Shown: piece by piece, positions 43,830-58,700 of the stretch
How positions within the stretch are numbered: the stretch's first letter is position 1
Layout: every line of letters starts with the position of its first letter
DNA from: Auanema rhodensis
Lineage: Eukaryota; Animalia; Nematoda
NCBI GenBank assembly: GCA_964057225.1
Contig: CAXKVF010000079.1
Coordinates: 124,001-188,000 of the forward strand
Reading direction: 5' to 3'
DNA length: 64,000 bases
Notes under the pieces: generated by a model
Told to the model about the DNA's origin: nothing
What the model saw: the letters and a program-made list of their open reading frames with translations, nothing else
Databases searched by the model: none
Position numbers and translations under genes: made by a program

Positions 43830-46200
43830 ACGTGAACTTTAATTTATGCTAATTAAATGTACACGTGATGTGCACTTGGTATGTAACTCGCTTCACGTGA
43901 AAGATAAAGAGATGCGGTTTTCAAAATTAGATTCCTCATGTCCATATTAGTCTAAAAACAAATTTTTATTGATATTGGTGCATGGTAACCATGACTTTGA
44001 AATTTACGTGAACTTTAATTTATGCTAATTAAATGTACACGTGATGTGCACTTGGTATGTAACTCGCTTCACGTGAAAGATAAAGAGATGCGGTTTTCAA
44101 AATTAGAATCCCCATGTCCATATTAGTCTAAAAACAAATTTTTATTGATATTGGTTCATGGTAACCATGTCTTTGAAATTTACGTGAACTTTAATTTATG
44201 CTAATTAAATGTACACGTGATGTGCACTTGGTATGTAACTCGCTTCACGTGAAAGATAAAGAGATGCGGTTTTCAAAATTAGATTCCCCATGTCCATATT
44301 TGTCTAAAAACAAATTTTTATTGATATTGGTGCATGGTAACCATGACTTTGAAATTTACGTGAACTTTAATTTATGCTAATTAAATGTACACGTGATGTG
44401 CACTTGGTATGTAACTCGCTTCACGTGAAAGATAAAGAGATGCGGTTTTCAAAATTAGATTCCCCATGTCCATATTATTCTAAAAACAAATTTTTATTGA
44501 TATTGGTTCATGGTAACCATGACTTTGAAATTTACGTGAACTTTAATTTATGCTAATTAAATGTACACGTGATGTGCACTTGGTATGTAACTCGCTTCAC
44601 GTGAAAGATGAAGAGATGCGGTTTTCAAAATTAGATTCCCCATGTCCATATTAGTCTAAAAACAAATTTTTATTGATATTGGTTCATGGTAACCATGTCT
44701 TTGAAATTTACGTGAACTTTAATTTATGCTAATTAAATGTACACGTGATGTGCACTTGGTATGTAACTCGCTTCACGTGAAAGATAAAGAGATGCGGTTT
44801 TCAAAATTAGAGTCCTCATGTCCATATTAGTCTAAAAACAAATTTTTATTGATATTGGTTCATGGTAACCATGACTTTGAAATTTACGTGAACTTTAATT
44901 TATGCTAATTAAATGTACACTTGATGTGCACTTGGTATGTAACTCGCTTCACGTGAAAGATAAAGAGATGCGGTTTTCAAAATTAGATTCCTCATGTCCA
45001 TATTAGTCTAAAAACAAATTTTTATTGATATTGGTTCATGGTAACCATGACTTTGAAATTTACGTGAACTTTAATTTATGCTAATTAAATGTACACGTGA
45101 TGTGCACTTGGTATGTAACTCGCTTCACGTGAAAGATAAAGAGATGCGGTTTTCAAAATTAGATTCCTCATGTCCATATTAGTCTAAAAACAAATTTTTA
45201 TTGATATTGGTGCATGGTAACCATGACTTTGAAATTTACGTGAACTTTAATTTATGCTAATTAAATGTACACGTGATGTGCACTTGGTATGTAACTCGCT
45301 TCACGTGAAAGATAAAGAGATGCGGTTTTCAAAATTAGAATCCCCATGTCCATATTAGTCTAAAAACAAATTTTTATTGATATTGGTTCATGGTAACCAT
45401 GTCTTTGAAATTTACGTGAACTTTAATTTATGCTAATTAAATGTACACGTGATGTGCACTTGGTATGTAACTCGCTTCACGTGAAAGATAAAGAGATGCG
45501 GTTTTCAAAATTAGATTCCCCATGTCCATATTTGTCTAAAAACAAATTTTTATTGATATTGGTGCATGGTAACCATGACTTTGAAATTTACGTGAACTTT
45601 AATTAATGCTAATTAAATGTACACGTGATGTGCACTTGGTATGTAACTCGCTTCACGTGAAAGATAAAGAGATGCGGTTTTCAAAATTAGATTCCCCATG
45701 TCCATATTATTCTAAAAACAAATTTTTATTGATATTGGTTCATGGTAACCATGACTTTGAAATTTACGTGAACTTTAATTTATGCTAATTAAATGTACAC
45801 GTGATGTGCACTTGGTATGTAACTCGCTTCACGTGAAAGATGAAGAGATGCGGTTTTCAAAATTAGATTCCCCATGTCCATATTAGTCTAAAAACAAATT
45901 TTTATTGATATTGGTTCATGGTAACCATGTCTTTGAAATTTACGTGAACTTTAATTTATGCTAATTAAATGTACACGTGATGTGCACTTGGTATGTAACT
46001 CGCTTCACGTGAAAGATAAAGAGATGCGGTTTTCAAAATTAGATTCCTCATGTCCATATTAGTCTAAAAACAAATTTTTATTGATATTGGTTCATGGTAA
46101 CCATGACTTTGAAATTTACGTGAACTTTAATTTATGCTAATTAAATGTACACGTGATGTGCACTTGGTATGTAACTCGCTTCACGTGAAAGATAAAGAGA
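43830..46200. repeat. 7-monomer (1232-bp) tandem duplication
   Basis: TAGAATCCCC occurs at 44108/45340. The TATTATTCT monomers give ORF starts 44374/45606. GATGAAG occurs at 44610/45842. Confidence 0.85.
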
Positions 46201-46639
46201 TGCGGTTTTCAAAATTAGATTCCCCATGTCCATATTAGTCTAAAAACAAATTTTTATTGATATTGGTTCATGGTAACCATGTCTTTGAAATTTACGTGAA
46301 CTTTAGTTTATGCTAATTAAATGTACACGTGATGTGCACTTGGTATGAAACTCGCTTCACGTGAAAGATAAAGAGATGCGGTTTTCAAAATTAGATTCCC
46401 CATGTCCATATTTGTCTAAAAACAAATTTTTATTGATATTGGTGCATGGTAACCATGACTTTGAAATTTACGTGAACTTTAATTTATGCTAATTAAATGT
46501 ACACGTGATGTGCACTTGGTATGTAACTCGCTTCACGTGAAAGATAAAGAGATGCGGTTTTCAAAATTAGATTCCCCATGTCCATATTATTCTAAAAACA
46601 AATTTTTATTGATATTGGTTCATGGTAACCATGACTTTG

Positions 46640-46762
46640 AAATTTACGTGAACTTTAATTTATGCTAATTAAATGTACACGTGATGTGCACTTGGTATGT
46701 AACTCGCTTCTAGTCTAAAAACAAATTTTTATTGATATTGGTTCATGGTAACCATGTCTTTG
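46640..46762. repeat. Truncated 123-bp monomer lacking positions 72-124 (53 bp)
   Basis: The junction reads AACTCGCTTC|TAGTCTAAAA at 46710/46711. ORF starts 46486 and 46961 are 475 bp apart, which is 3x176-53. Confidence 0.97.
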
Positions 46763-46939
46763 AAATTTACGTGAACTTTAGTTTATGCTAATTAAATGTA
46801 CACGTGATGTGCACTTGGTATGAAACTCGCTTCACGTGAAAGATAAAGAGATGCGGTTTTCAAAATTAGATTCCCCATGTCCATATTTGTCTAAAAACAA
46901 ATTTTTATTGATATTGGTGCATGGTAACCATGACTTTGA

Positions 46940-49900
46940 AATTTACGTGAACTTTAATTTATGCTAATTAAATGTACACGTGATGTGCACTTGGTATGTA
47001 ACTCGCTTCACGTGAAAGATAAAGAGATGCGGTTTTCAAAATTAGATTCCCCATGTCCATATTTGTCTAAAAACAAATTTTTATTGATATTGGTGCATGG
47101 TAACCATGACTTTGAAATTTACGTTAACTTTAATTTATGCTAATTAAATGTACACGTGATGTGCACTTGGTATGTAACTCGCTTCACGTGAAAGATAAAG
47201 AGATGCGGTTTTCAAAATTAGATTCCCCATGTCCATATTAGTCTAAAAACAAATTTTTATTGATATTGGTTCATGGTAACCATGTCTTTGAAATTTACGT
47301 GAACTTTAATTTATGCTAATTAAATGTACACGTGATGTGCACTTGGTATGTAACTCGCTTCACGTGAAAGATAAAGAGATGCGGTTTTCAAAATTAGATT
47401 CCTCATGTCCATATTAGTCTAAAAACAAATTTTTATTGATATTGGTTCATGGTAACCATGACTTTGAAATTTACGTGAACTTTAATTTATGCTAATTAAA
47501 TGTACACGTGATGTGCACTTGGTATGTAACTCGCTTCACGTGAAAGATAAAGAGATGCGGTTTTCAAAATTAGATTCCTCATGTCCATATTAGTCTAAAA
47601 ACAAATTTTTATTGATATTGGTACATGGTAACCATGACTTTGAAATTTACGTGAACTTTAATTTATGCTAATTAAGTGTACACGTGATGTGCACTTGGTA
47701 TGTAACTCGCTTCACGTGAAAGATAAAGAGATGCGGTTTTCAAAATTAGATTCCTCATGTCCATATTAGTCTAAAAACAAATTTTTATTGATATTGGTTC
47801 ATGGTAACCATGACTTTGAAATTTACGTGAACTTTAATTTATGCTAATTAAATGTACACGTGATGTGCACTTGGTATGTAACTCGCTTCACGTGAAAGAT
47901 AAAGAGATGCGGTTTTCAAAATTAGATTCCTCATGTCCATATTAGTCTAAAAACAAATTTTTATTGATATTGGTTCATGGTAACCATGTCTTTGAAATTT
48001 ACGTGAACTTTAATTTATGCTAATTAAATGTACACGTGATGTGCACTTGGTATGTAACTCGCTTCACGTGAAAGATAAAGAGATGCGGTTCTCAAAATTA
48101 GATTCCTCATGTCCATATTAGTCTAAAAACAAATTTTTATTGATATTGGTTCATGGTAACCATGACTTTGAAATTTACGTGAACTTTAATTTATGCTAAT
48201 TAAATGTACACGTGATGTGCACTTGGTATGTAACTCGCTTCACGTGAAAGATAAAGAGATGCGGTTTTCAAAATTAGATTCCCCATGTCCATATTAGTCT
48301 AAAAACAAATTTTTATTGATATTGGTTCATGGTAACCATGTCTTTGAAATTTACGTGAACTTTAATTTATGCTAATTAAATGTACACGTGATGTGCACTT
48401 GGTATGTAACTCGCTTCACGTGAAAGATAAAGAGATGCGGTTTTCAAAATTAGATTCCTCATGTCCATATTAGTCTAAAAACAAATTTTTATTGATATTG
48501 GTTCATGGTAACCATGACTTTGAAATTTACGTGAACTTTAATTTATGCTAATTAAATGTACACGTGATGTGCACTTGGTATGTAACTCGCTTAACGTGAA
48601 AGATAAAGAGATGCGGTTTTCAAAATTAGATTCCCCATGTCCATATTAGTCTAAAAACAAATTTTTATTGATATTGGTTCATGGTAACCATGTCTTTGAA
48701 ATTTACGTGAACTTTAATTTATGCTAATTAAATGTACACGTGATGTGCACTTGGTATGTAACTCGCTTCACGTGGAAGATGAAGAGATGCGGTTTTCAAA
48801 ATTAGATTCCCCATGTCCATATTAGTCTAAAAACAAATTTTTATTGATATTGGTTCATGGTAACCATGTCTTTGAAATTTACGTGAACTTTAATTTATGC
48901 TAATTAAATGTACACGTGATGTGCACTTGGTATGTAACTCGCTTCACGTGAAAGATAAAGAGATGCGGTTTTCAAAATTAGATTCCTCATGTCCATATTA
49001 GTCTAAAAACAAATTTTTATTGATATTGGTTCATGGTAACCATGACTTTGAAATTTACGTGAACTTTAATTTATGCTAATTAAATGTACACGTGATGTGC
49101 ACTTGGTATGTAACTCGCTTCACGTGAAAGATAAAGAGATGCGGTTTTCAAAATTAGATTCCCCATGTCCATATTAGTCTAAAAACAAATTTTTATTGAT
49201 ATTGGTTCATGGTAACCATGTCTTTGAAATTTACGTGAACTTTAATTTATGCTAATTAAATGTACACGTGATGTGCACTTGGTATGTAACTCGCTTCACG
49301 TGGAAGATGAAGAGATGCGGTTTTCAAAATTAGATTCCCCATGTCCATATTAGTCTAAAAACAAATTTTTATTGATATTGGTTCATGGTAACCATGTCTT
49401 TGAAATTTACGTGAACTTTAATTTATGCTAATTAAATGTACACGTGATGTGCACTTGGTATGTAACTCGCTTCACGTGAAAGATAAAGAGATGCGGTTTT
49501 CAAAATTAGATTCCTCATGTCCATATTAGTCTAAAAACAAATTTTTATTGATATTGGTTCATGGTAACCATGACTTTGAAATTTACGTGAACTTTAATTT
49601 ATGCTAATTAAATGTACACGTGATGTGCACTTGGTATGTAACTCGCTTCACGTGAAAGATAAAGAGATGCGGTTTTCAAAATTAGATTCCCCATGTCCAT
49701 ATTAGTCTAAAAACAAATTTTTATTGATATTGGTTCATGGTAACCATGTCTTTGAAATTTACGTGAACTTTAATTTATGCTAATTAAATGTACACGTGAT
49801 GTGCACTTGGTATGTAACTCGCTTCACGTGAAAGATAAAGAGATGCGGTTTTCAAAATTAGATTCCCCATGTCCATATTTGTCTAAAAACAAATTTTTAT

Positions 49901-51300
49901 TGATATTGGTGCATGGTAACCATGACTTTGAAATTTACGTGAACTTTAATTTATGCTAATTAAATGTACACGTGATGTGCACTTGGTATGTAACTCGCTT
50001 CACGTGAAAGATAAAGAGATGCGGTTTTCAAAATTAGATTCCCCATGTCCATATTAGTCTAAAAACAAATTTTTATTGATATTGGTTCATGGTAACCATG
50101 ACTTTGAAATTTACGTGAACTTTAATTTATGCTAATTAAATGTACACGTGATGTGCACTTGGTATGTAACTCGCTTCACGTGAAAGATAAAGAGATGCGG
50201 TTTTCAAAATTAGATTCCTCATGTCCATATTAGTGTAAAAACAAATTTTTATTGATATTGGTTCATGGTAACCATGACTTTGAAATTTACGTGAACTTTA
50301 ATTTATGCTAATTAAATGTACACGTGATGTGCACTTGGTATGTAACTCGCTTCACGTGAAAGATAAAGAGATGCGGTTTTCAAAATTAGATTCCTCATGT
50401 CCATATTAGTCTAAAAACAAATTTTTATTGATATTGGTACATGGTAACCATGACTTTGAAATTTACGTGAACTTTAATTTATGCTAATTAAATGTACACG
50501 TGATGTGCACTTGGTATGTAACTCGCTTCACGTGAAAGATAAAGAGATGCGGTTTTCAAAATTAGATTCCTCATGTCCATATTAGTCTAAAAACAAATTT
50601 TTATTGATATTGGTTCATGGTAACCATGACTTTGAAATTTACGTGAACTTTAATTTATGCTAATTAAATGTACACGTGATGTGCACTTGGTATGTAACTC
50701 GCTTCACGTGAAAGATAAAGAGATGCGGTTTTCAAAATTAGATTCCTCATGTCCATATTAGTCTAAAAACAAATTTTTATTGATATTGGTTCATGGTAAC
50801 CATGTCTTTGAAATTTACGTGAACTTTAATTTATGCTAATTAAATGTACACGTGATGTGCACTTGGTATGTAACTCGCTTCACGTGAAAGATAAAGAGAT
50901 GCGGTTCTCAAAATTAGATTCCTCATGTCCATATTAGTCTAAAAACAAATTTTTATTGATATTGGTTCATGGTAACCATGACTTTGAAATTTACGTGAAC
51001 TTTAATTTATGCTAATTAAATGTACACGTGATGTGCACTTGGTATGTAACTCGCTTCACGTGAAAGATAAAGAGATGCGGTTTTCAAAATTAGATTCCCC
51101 ATGTCCATATTAGTCTAAAAACAAATTTTTATTGATATTGGTTCATGGTAACCATGTCTTTGAAATTTACGTGAACTTTAATTTATGCTAATTAAATGTA
51201 CACGTGATGTGCACTTGGTATGTAACTCGCTTCACGTGAAAGATAAAGAGATGCGGTTTTCAAAATTAGATTCCTCATGTCCATATTAGTCTAAAAACAA
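46940..51300. repeat. Block duplication at 16-monomer (2816-bp) offset within the C113T domain
   Basis: GGTACATGG 47623/50439, GGTTCTCAAA 48091/50907 and stop-loss ORF starts 46961/49777 are each 2816 apart. Confidence 0.8.
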
Positions 51301-52759
51301 ATTTTTATTGATATTGGTGCATGGTAACCATGACTTTGAAATTTACGTGAACTTTAATTTATGCTAATTAAATGTACACGTGATGTGCACTTGGTATGTA
51401 ACTCGCTTCACGTGGAAGATGAAGAGATGCGGTTTTCAAAATTAGATTCCCCATGTCCATATTAGTCTAAAAACAAATTTTTATTGATATTGGTTCATGG
51501 TAACCATGTCTTTGAAATTTACGTGAACTTTAATTTATGCTAATTAAATGTACACGTGATGTGCACTTGGTATGTAACTCGCTTCACGTGAAAGATAAAG
51601 AGATGCGGTTTTCAAAATTAGATTCCCCATGTCCATATTAGTCTAAAAACAAATTTTTATTGATATTGGTTCATGGTAACCATGTCTTTGAAATTTACGT
51701 GAACTTTAATTTATGCTAATTAAATGTACACGTGATGTGCACTTGGTATGTAACTCGCTTCACGTGGAAGATGAAGAGATGCGGTTTTCAAAATTAGATT
51801 CCCCATGTCCATATTAGTCTAAAAACAAATTTTTATTGATATTGGTTCATGGTAACCATGTCTTTGAAATTTACGTGAACTTTAATTTATGCTAATTAAA
51901 TGTACACGTGATGTGCACTTGGTATGTAACTCGCTTCACGTGAAAGATAAAGAGATGCGGTTTTCAAAATTAGATTCCTCATGTCCATATTAGTCTAAAA
52001 ACAAATTTTTATTGATATTGGTTCATGGTAACCATGACTTTGAAATTTACGTGAACTTTAATTTATGCTAATTAAATGTACACGTGATGTGCACTTGGTA
52101 TGTAACTCGCTTCACGTGAAAGATAAAGAGATGCGGTTTTCAAAATTAGATTCCTCATGTCCATATTAGTCTAAAAACAAATTTTTATTGATATTGGTTC
52201 ATGGTAACCATGACTTTGAAATTTACGTGAACTTTAATTTATGCTAATTAAATGTACACGTGATGTGCACTTGGTATGTAACTCGCTTCACGTGAAAGAT
52301 AAAGAGATGCGGTTTTCAAAATTGGATTCCCCATGTCCATATTAGTCTAAAAACAAATTTTTATTGATATTGGTGCATGGTAACCATGACTTTGAAATTT
52401 ACGTGAACTTTAATTTATGCTAATTAAATGTACACGTGATGTGCACTTGGTATGTAACTCGCTTCACGTGAAAGATAAAGAGATGCGGTTTTCAAAATTA
52501 GATTCCCCATGTCCATATTAGTCTAAAAACCAATTTTTATTGATATTGGTTCATGGTAACCATGACTTTGAAATTTACGTGAACTTTAATTTATGCTAAT
52601 TAAATGTACACGTGATGTGCACTTGGTATGTAACTCGCTTCACGTGAAAGATAAAGAGATGCGGTTTTCAAAATTAGATTCCCCATGTCCATATTAGTCT
52701 AAAAACAAATTTTTATTGATATTGGTTCATGGTAACCATGTCTTTGAAATTTACGTAAA

Positions 52760-55700
52760 CTTTAATTTATGCTAATTAAATGTACACGTGATGTGCACTT
52801 GGTATGTAACTCGCTTCACGTGAAAGATAAAGAGATGCGGTTTTCAAAATTAGATTCCTCATGTCCATATTAGTCTAAAAACAAATTTTTATTGATATTG
52901 GTTCATGGTAACCATGACTTTGAAATTTACGTGAACTTTAATTTATGCTAATTAAATGTACACGTGATGTGCACTTGGTATGTAACTCGCTTCACGTGAA
53001 AGATAAAGAGATGCGGTTTTCAAAATTAGATTCCCCATGTCTATATTAGTCTAAAAACAAATTTTTATTGATATTGGTTCATGGTAACCATGACTTTGAA
53101 ATTTACGTGAACTTTAATTTATGCTAATTAAATGTACACGTGATGTGCACTTGGTATGTAACTCGCTTCACGTGAAAGATAAAGAGATGCGGTTTTCAAA
53201 ATTAGATTCCCCATGTCCATATTAGTCTAAAAACAAATTTTTATTGATATTGGTGCATGGTAACCATGACTTTGAAATTTACGTGAACTTTAATTTATGC
53301 TAATTAAATGTACACGTGATGTGCACTTGGTATGTAACTCGCTTCACGTGAAAGATAAAGAGATGCGGTTTTCAAAATTAGATTCCCCATGTCCATATTA
53401 GTCTAAAAACAAATTTTTATTGATATTGGTGCATGGTAACCATGACTTTGAAATTTACGTGAACTTTAATTAATGCTAATTAAATGTACACGTGATGTGC
53501 ACTTGGTATGTAACTCGCTTCACGTGAAAGATAAAGAGATGCGGGTTTCAAAATTAGATTCCCCATGTCCATATTAGTCTAAAAACAAATTTTTATTGAT
53601 ATTGGTTCATGGTAACCATGACTTTGAAATTTACGTGAACTTTAATTTATGCTAATTAAATGTACACGTGATGTGCACTTGGTATGTAACTCGCTTCACG
53701 TGAAAGATAAAGAGATGCGGTTTTCAAAATTGGATTCCCCATGTCCATATTAGTCTAAAAACAAATTTTTATTGATATTGGTGCATGGTAACCATGACTT
53801 TGAAATTTACGTGAACTTTAATTTATGCTAATTAAATGTACACGTGATGTGCACTTGGTATGTAACTCGCTTCACGTGAAAGATAAAGAGATGCGGTTTT
53901 CAAAATTAGATTCCCCATGTCTATATTAGTCTAAAAACAAATTTTTATTGATATTGGTTCATGGTAACCATGACTTTGAAATTTACGTGAACTTTAATTT
54001 ATGCTAATTAAATGTACACGTGATGTGCACTTGGTATGTAACTCGCTTCACGTGAAAGATAAAGAGATGCGGTTTTCAAAATTAGATTCCCCATGTCCAT
54101 ATTAGTCTAAAAACAAATTTTTATTGATATTGGTGCATGGTAACCATGACTTTGAAATTTACGTGAACTTTAATTTATGCTAATTAAATGTACACGTGAT
54201 GTGCACTTGGTATGTAACTCGCTTCACGTGAAAGATAAAGAGATGCGGTTTTCAAAATTAGATTCCCCATGTCCATATTAGTCTAAAAACAAATTTTTAT
54301 TGATATTGGTTCATGGTAACCATGACTTTGAAATTTACGTGAACTTTAATTTATGCTAATTAAATGTACACGTGATGTGCACTTGGTATGTAACTCGCTT
54401 CACGTGAAAGATAAAGAAATGCGGTTTTCAAAATTAGATTCCCCATGTCCATATTAGTCTAAAAACAAATTTTTATTGATATTGGTGCATGGTAACCATG
54501 ACTTTGAAATTTACGTGAACTTTAATTCATGCTAATTAAATGTACACGTGATGTGCACTTGGTATGTAACTCGCTTCACGTAAAAGATAAAGAGATGCGG
54601 TTTTCAAAATTAGATTCCCCATGTCCATATTAGTCTAAAAACAAATTTTTATTGATATTGGTTCATGGTAACCATGTCTTTGAAATTTACGTGAACTTTA
54701 ATTTATGCTAATTAAATGTACACGTGATGTGCACTTGGTATGTAACTCGCTTCACGTGAAAGATAAAGAGATGCGGTTTTCAAAATTAGATTCCCCATGT
54801 CCATATTAGTCTAAAAACAAATTTTTATTGATATTGGTGCATGGTAACCATGACTTTGAAATTTACGTGAACTTTAATTTATGCTAATTAAATGTACACG
54901 TGATGTGCACTTGGTATGTAACTCGCTTCACGTGAAAGATAAAGAGATGCGGTTTTCAAAATTAGATTCCCCATGTCCATATTAGTCTAAAAACAAATTT
55001 TTATTGATATTGGTTCATGGTAACCATGACTTTGAAATTTACGTGAACTTTAATTCATGCTAATTAAATGTACACGTGATGTGCACTTGGTATGTAACTC
55101 GCTTCACGTGAAAGATAAAGAGATGCGGTTTTCAAAATTAGATTCCCCATGTCCATATTAGTCTAAAAACAAATTTTTATTGATATTGGTGCATGGTAAC
55201 CATGACTTTGAAATTTACGTGAACTTTAATTCATGCTAATTAAATGTACACGTGATGTGCACTTGGTATGTAACTCGCTTCACGTGAAAGATAAAGAGAT
55301 GCGGTTTTCAAAATTAGATTCCCCATGTCCATATTAGTCTAAAAACAAATTTTTATTGATATTGGTGCATGGTAACCATGACTTTGAAATTTACGTGAAC
55401 TTTAATTTATGCTAATTAAATGTACACGTGATGTGCACTTGGTATGTAACTCGCTTCACGTGAAAGATAAAGAGATGCGGTTTTTGAAATTAGATTCCCC
55501 ATGTCCATATTAGTCTAAAAACAAATTTTTATTGATATTGGTGCATGGTAACCATGACTTTGAAATTTACGTGAACTTTAATTTATGCTAATTAAATGTA
55601 CACGTGATGTGCACTTGGTATGTAACTCGCTTCACGTGAAAGATAAAGAGATGCGGTTTTCAAAATTAGATTCCCCATGTCCATATTAGTCTAAAAACAA

Positions 55701-58700
55701 ATTTTTATTGATATTGGTTCATGGTAACCATGTCTTTGAAATTTACGTGAACTTTAATTTGTGCTAATCAAATGTACACGTGATGTGCACTTGGTATGTA
55801 ACTCGCTTCACGTGAAAGATAAAGAGATGCGGTTTTCAAAATTAGATTCCCCATGTCCATATTAGTCTAAAAACAAATTTTTATTGATATTGGTTCATGG
55901 TAACCATGACTTTGAAATTTACGTGAACTTTAATTTATGCTAATTAAATGTACACGTGATGTGCACTTGGTATGTAACTCGCTTCACGTGAAAGATAAAG
56001 AGATGCGGTTTTCAAAATTAGATTCCTCATGTCCATATTAGTCTAAAAACAAATTTTTATTGATATTGGTTCATGGTAACCATGACTTTGAAATTTACGT
56101 GAACTTTAATTTATGCTAATTAAATGTACACGTGATGTGCACTTGGTATGTAACTCGCTTCACGTGAAAGATAAAGAGATGCGGTTTTCAAAATTAGATT
56201 CCCCATGTCTATATTAGTCTAAAAACAAATTTTTATTGATATTGGTTCATGGTAACCATGACTTTGAAATTTACGTGAACTTTAATTTATGCTAATTAAA
56301 TGTACACGTGATGTGCACTTGGTATGTAACTCGCTTCACGTGAAAGATAAAGAGATGCGGTTTTCAAAATTAGATTCCCCATGTCCATATTAGTCTAAAA
56401 ACAAATTTTTATTGATATTGGTGCATGGTAACCATGACTTTGAAATTTACGTGAACTTTAATTTATGCTAATTAAATGTACACGTGATGTGCACTTGGTA
56501 TGTAACTCGCTTCACGTGAAAGATAAAGAGATGCGGTTTTCAAAATTAGATTCCCCATGTCCATATTAGTCTAAAAACAAATTTTTATTGATATTGGTGC
56601 ATGGTAACCATGACTTTGAAATTTACGTGAACTTTAATTAATGCTAATTAAATGTACACGTGATGTGCACTTGGTATGTAACTCGCTTCACGTGAAAGAT
56701 AAAGAGATGCGGGTTTCAAAATTAGATTCCCCATGTCCATATTAGTCTAAAAACAAATTTTTATTGATATTGGTTCATGGTAACCATGACTTTGAAATTT
56801 ACGTGAACTTTAATTTATGCTAATTAAATGTACACGTGATGTGCACTTGGTATGTAACTCGCTTCACGTGAAAGATAAAGAGATGCGGTTTTCAAAATTG
56901 GATTCCCCATGTCCATATTAGTCTAAAAACAAATTTTTATTGATATTGGTGCATGGTAACCATGACTTTGAAATTTACGTGAACTTTAATTTATGCTAAT
57001 TAAATGTACACGTGATGTGCACTTGGTATGTAACTCGCTTCACGTGAAAGATAAAGAGATGCGGTTTTCAAAATTAGATTCCCCATGTCTATATTAGTCT
57101 AAAAACAAATTTTTATTGATATTGGTTCATGGTAACCATGACTTTGAAATTTACGTGAACTTTAATTTATGCTAATTAAATGTACACGTGATGTGCACTT
57201 GGTATGTAACTCGCTTCACGTGAAAGATAAAGAGATGCGGTTTTCAAAATTAGATTCCCCATGTCCATATTAGTCTAAAAACAAATTTTTATTGATATTG
57301 GTGCATGGTAACCATGACTTTGAAATTTACGTGAACTTTAATTTATGCTAATTAAATGTACACGTGATGTGCACTTGGTATGTAACTCGCTTCACGTGAA
57401 AGATAAAGAGATGCGGTTTTCAAAATTAGATTCCCCATGTCCATATTAGTCTAAAAACAAATTTTTATTGATATTGGTTCATGGTAACCATGACTTTGAA
57501 ATTTACGTGAACTTTAATTTATGCTAATTAAATGTACACGTGATGTGCACTTGGTATGTAACTCGCTTCACGTGAAAGATAAAGAAATGCGGTTTTCAAA
57601 ATTAGATTCCCCATGTCCATATTAGTCTAAAAACAAATTTTTATTGATATTGGTGCATGGTAACCATGACTTTGAAATTTACGTGAACTTTAATTCATGC
57701 TAATTAAATGTACACGTGATGTGCACTTGGTATGTAACTCGCTTCACGTAAAAGATAAAGAGATGCGGTTTTCAAAATTAGATTCCCCATGTCCATATTA
57801 GTCTAAAAACAAATTTTTATTGATATTGGTTCATGGTAACCATGTCTTTGAAATTTACGTGAACTTTAATTTATGCTAATTAAATGTACACGTGATGTGC
57901 ACTTGGTATGTAACTCGCTTCACGTGAAAGATAAAGAGATGCGGTTTTCAAAATTAGATTCCCCATGTCCATATTAGTCTAAAAACAAATTTTTATTGAT
58001 ATTGGTGCATGGTAACCATGACTTTGAAATTTACGTGAACTTTAATTTATGCTAATTAAATGTACACGTGATGTGCACTTGGTATGTAACTCGCTTCACG
58101 TGAAAGATAAAGAGATGCGGTTTTCAAAATTAGATTCCCCATGTCCATATTAGTCTAAAAACAAATTTTTATTGATATTGGTTCATGGTAACCATGACTT
58201 TGAAATTTACGTGAACTTTAATTTATGCTAATTAAATGTACACGTGATGTGCACTTGGTATGTAACTCGCTTCACGTGAAAGATAAAGAGATGTGGTTTT
58301 CAAAATTAGATTCCCCATGTCCATATTAGTCTAAAAACAAATTTTTATTGATATTGGTGCATGGTAACCATGACTTTGAAATTTACGTGAACTTTAATTC
58401 ATGCTAATTAAATGTACACGTGATGTGCACTTGGTATGTAACTCGCTTCACGTGAAAGATAAAGAGATGCGGTTTTCAAAATTAGATTCCCCATGTCCAT
58501 ATTAGTCTAAAAACAAATTTTTATTGATATTGGTGCATGGTAACCATGACTTTGAAATTTACGTGAACTTTAATTTATGCTAATTAAATGTACACGTGAT
58601 GTGCACTTGGTATGTAACTCGCTTCACGTGAAAGATAAAGAGATGCGGTTTTTGAAATTAGATTCCCCATGTCCATATTAGTCTAAAAACAAATTTTTAT

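Noticed and set aside
41734-49959. Seven 60-aa ORFs (MLIKCTRDVHLV...) as protein-coding genes
   Set aside because: Each is one satellite monomer with a point change in a TAG. More than 97% of monomers keep the stop, no domain is recognisable, and 176 is not a multiple of 3, so no continuous frame exists.
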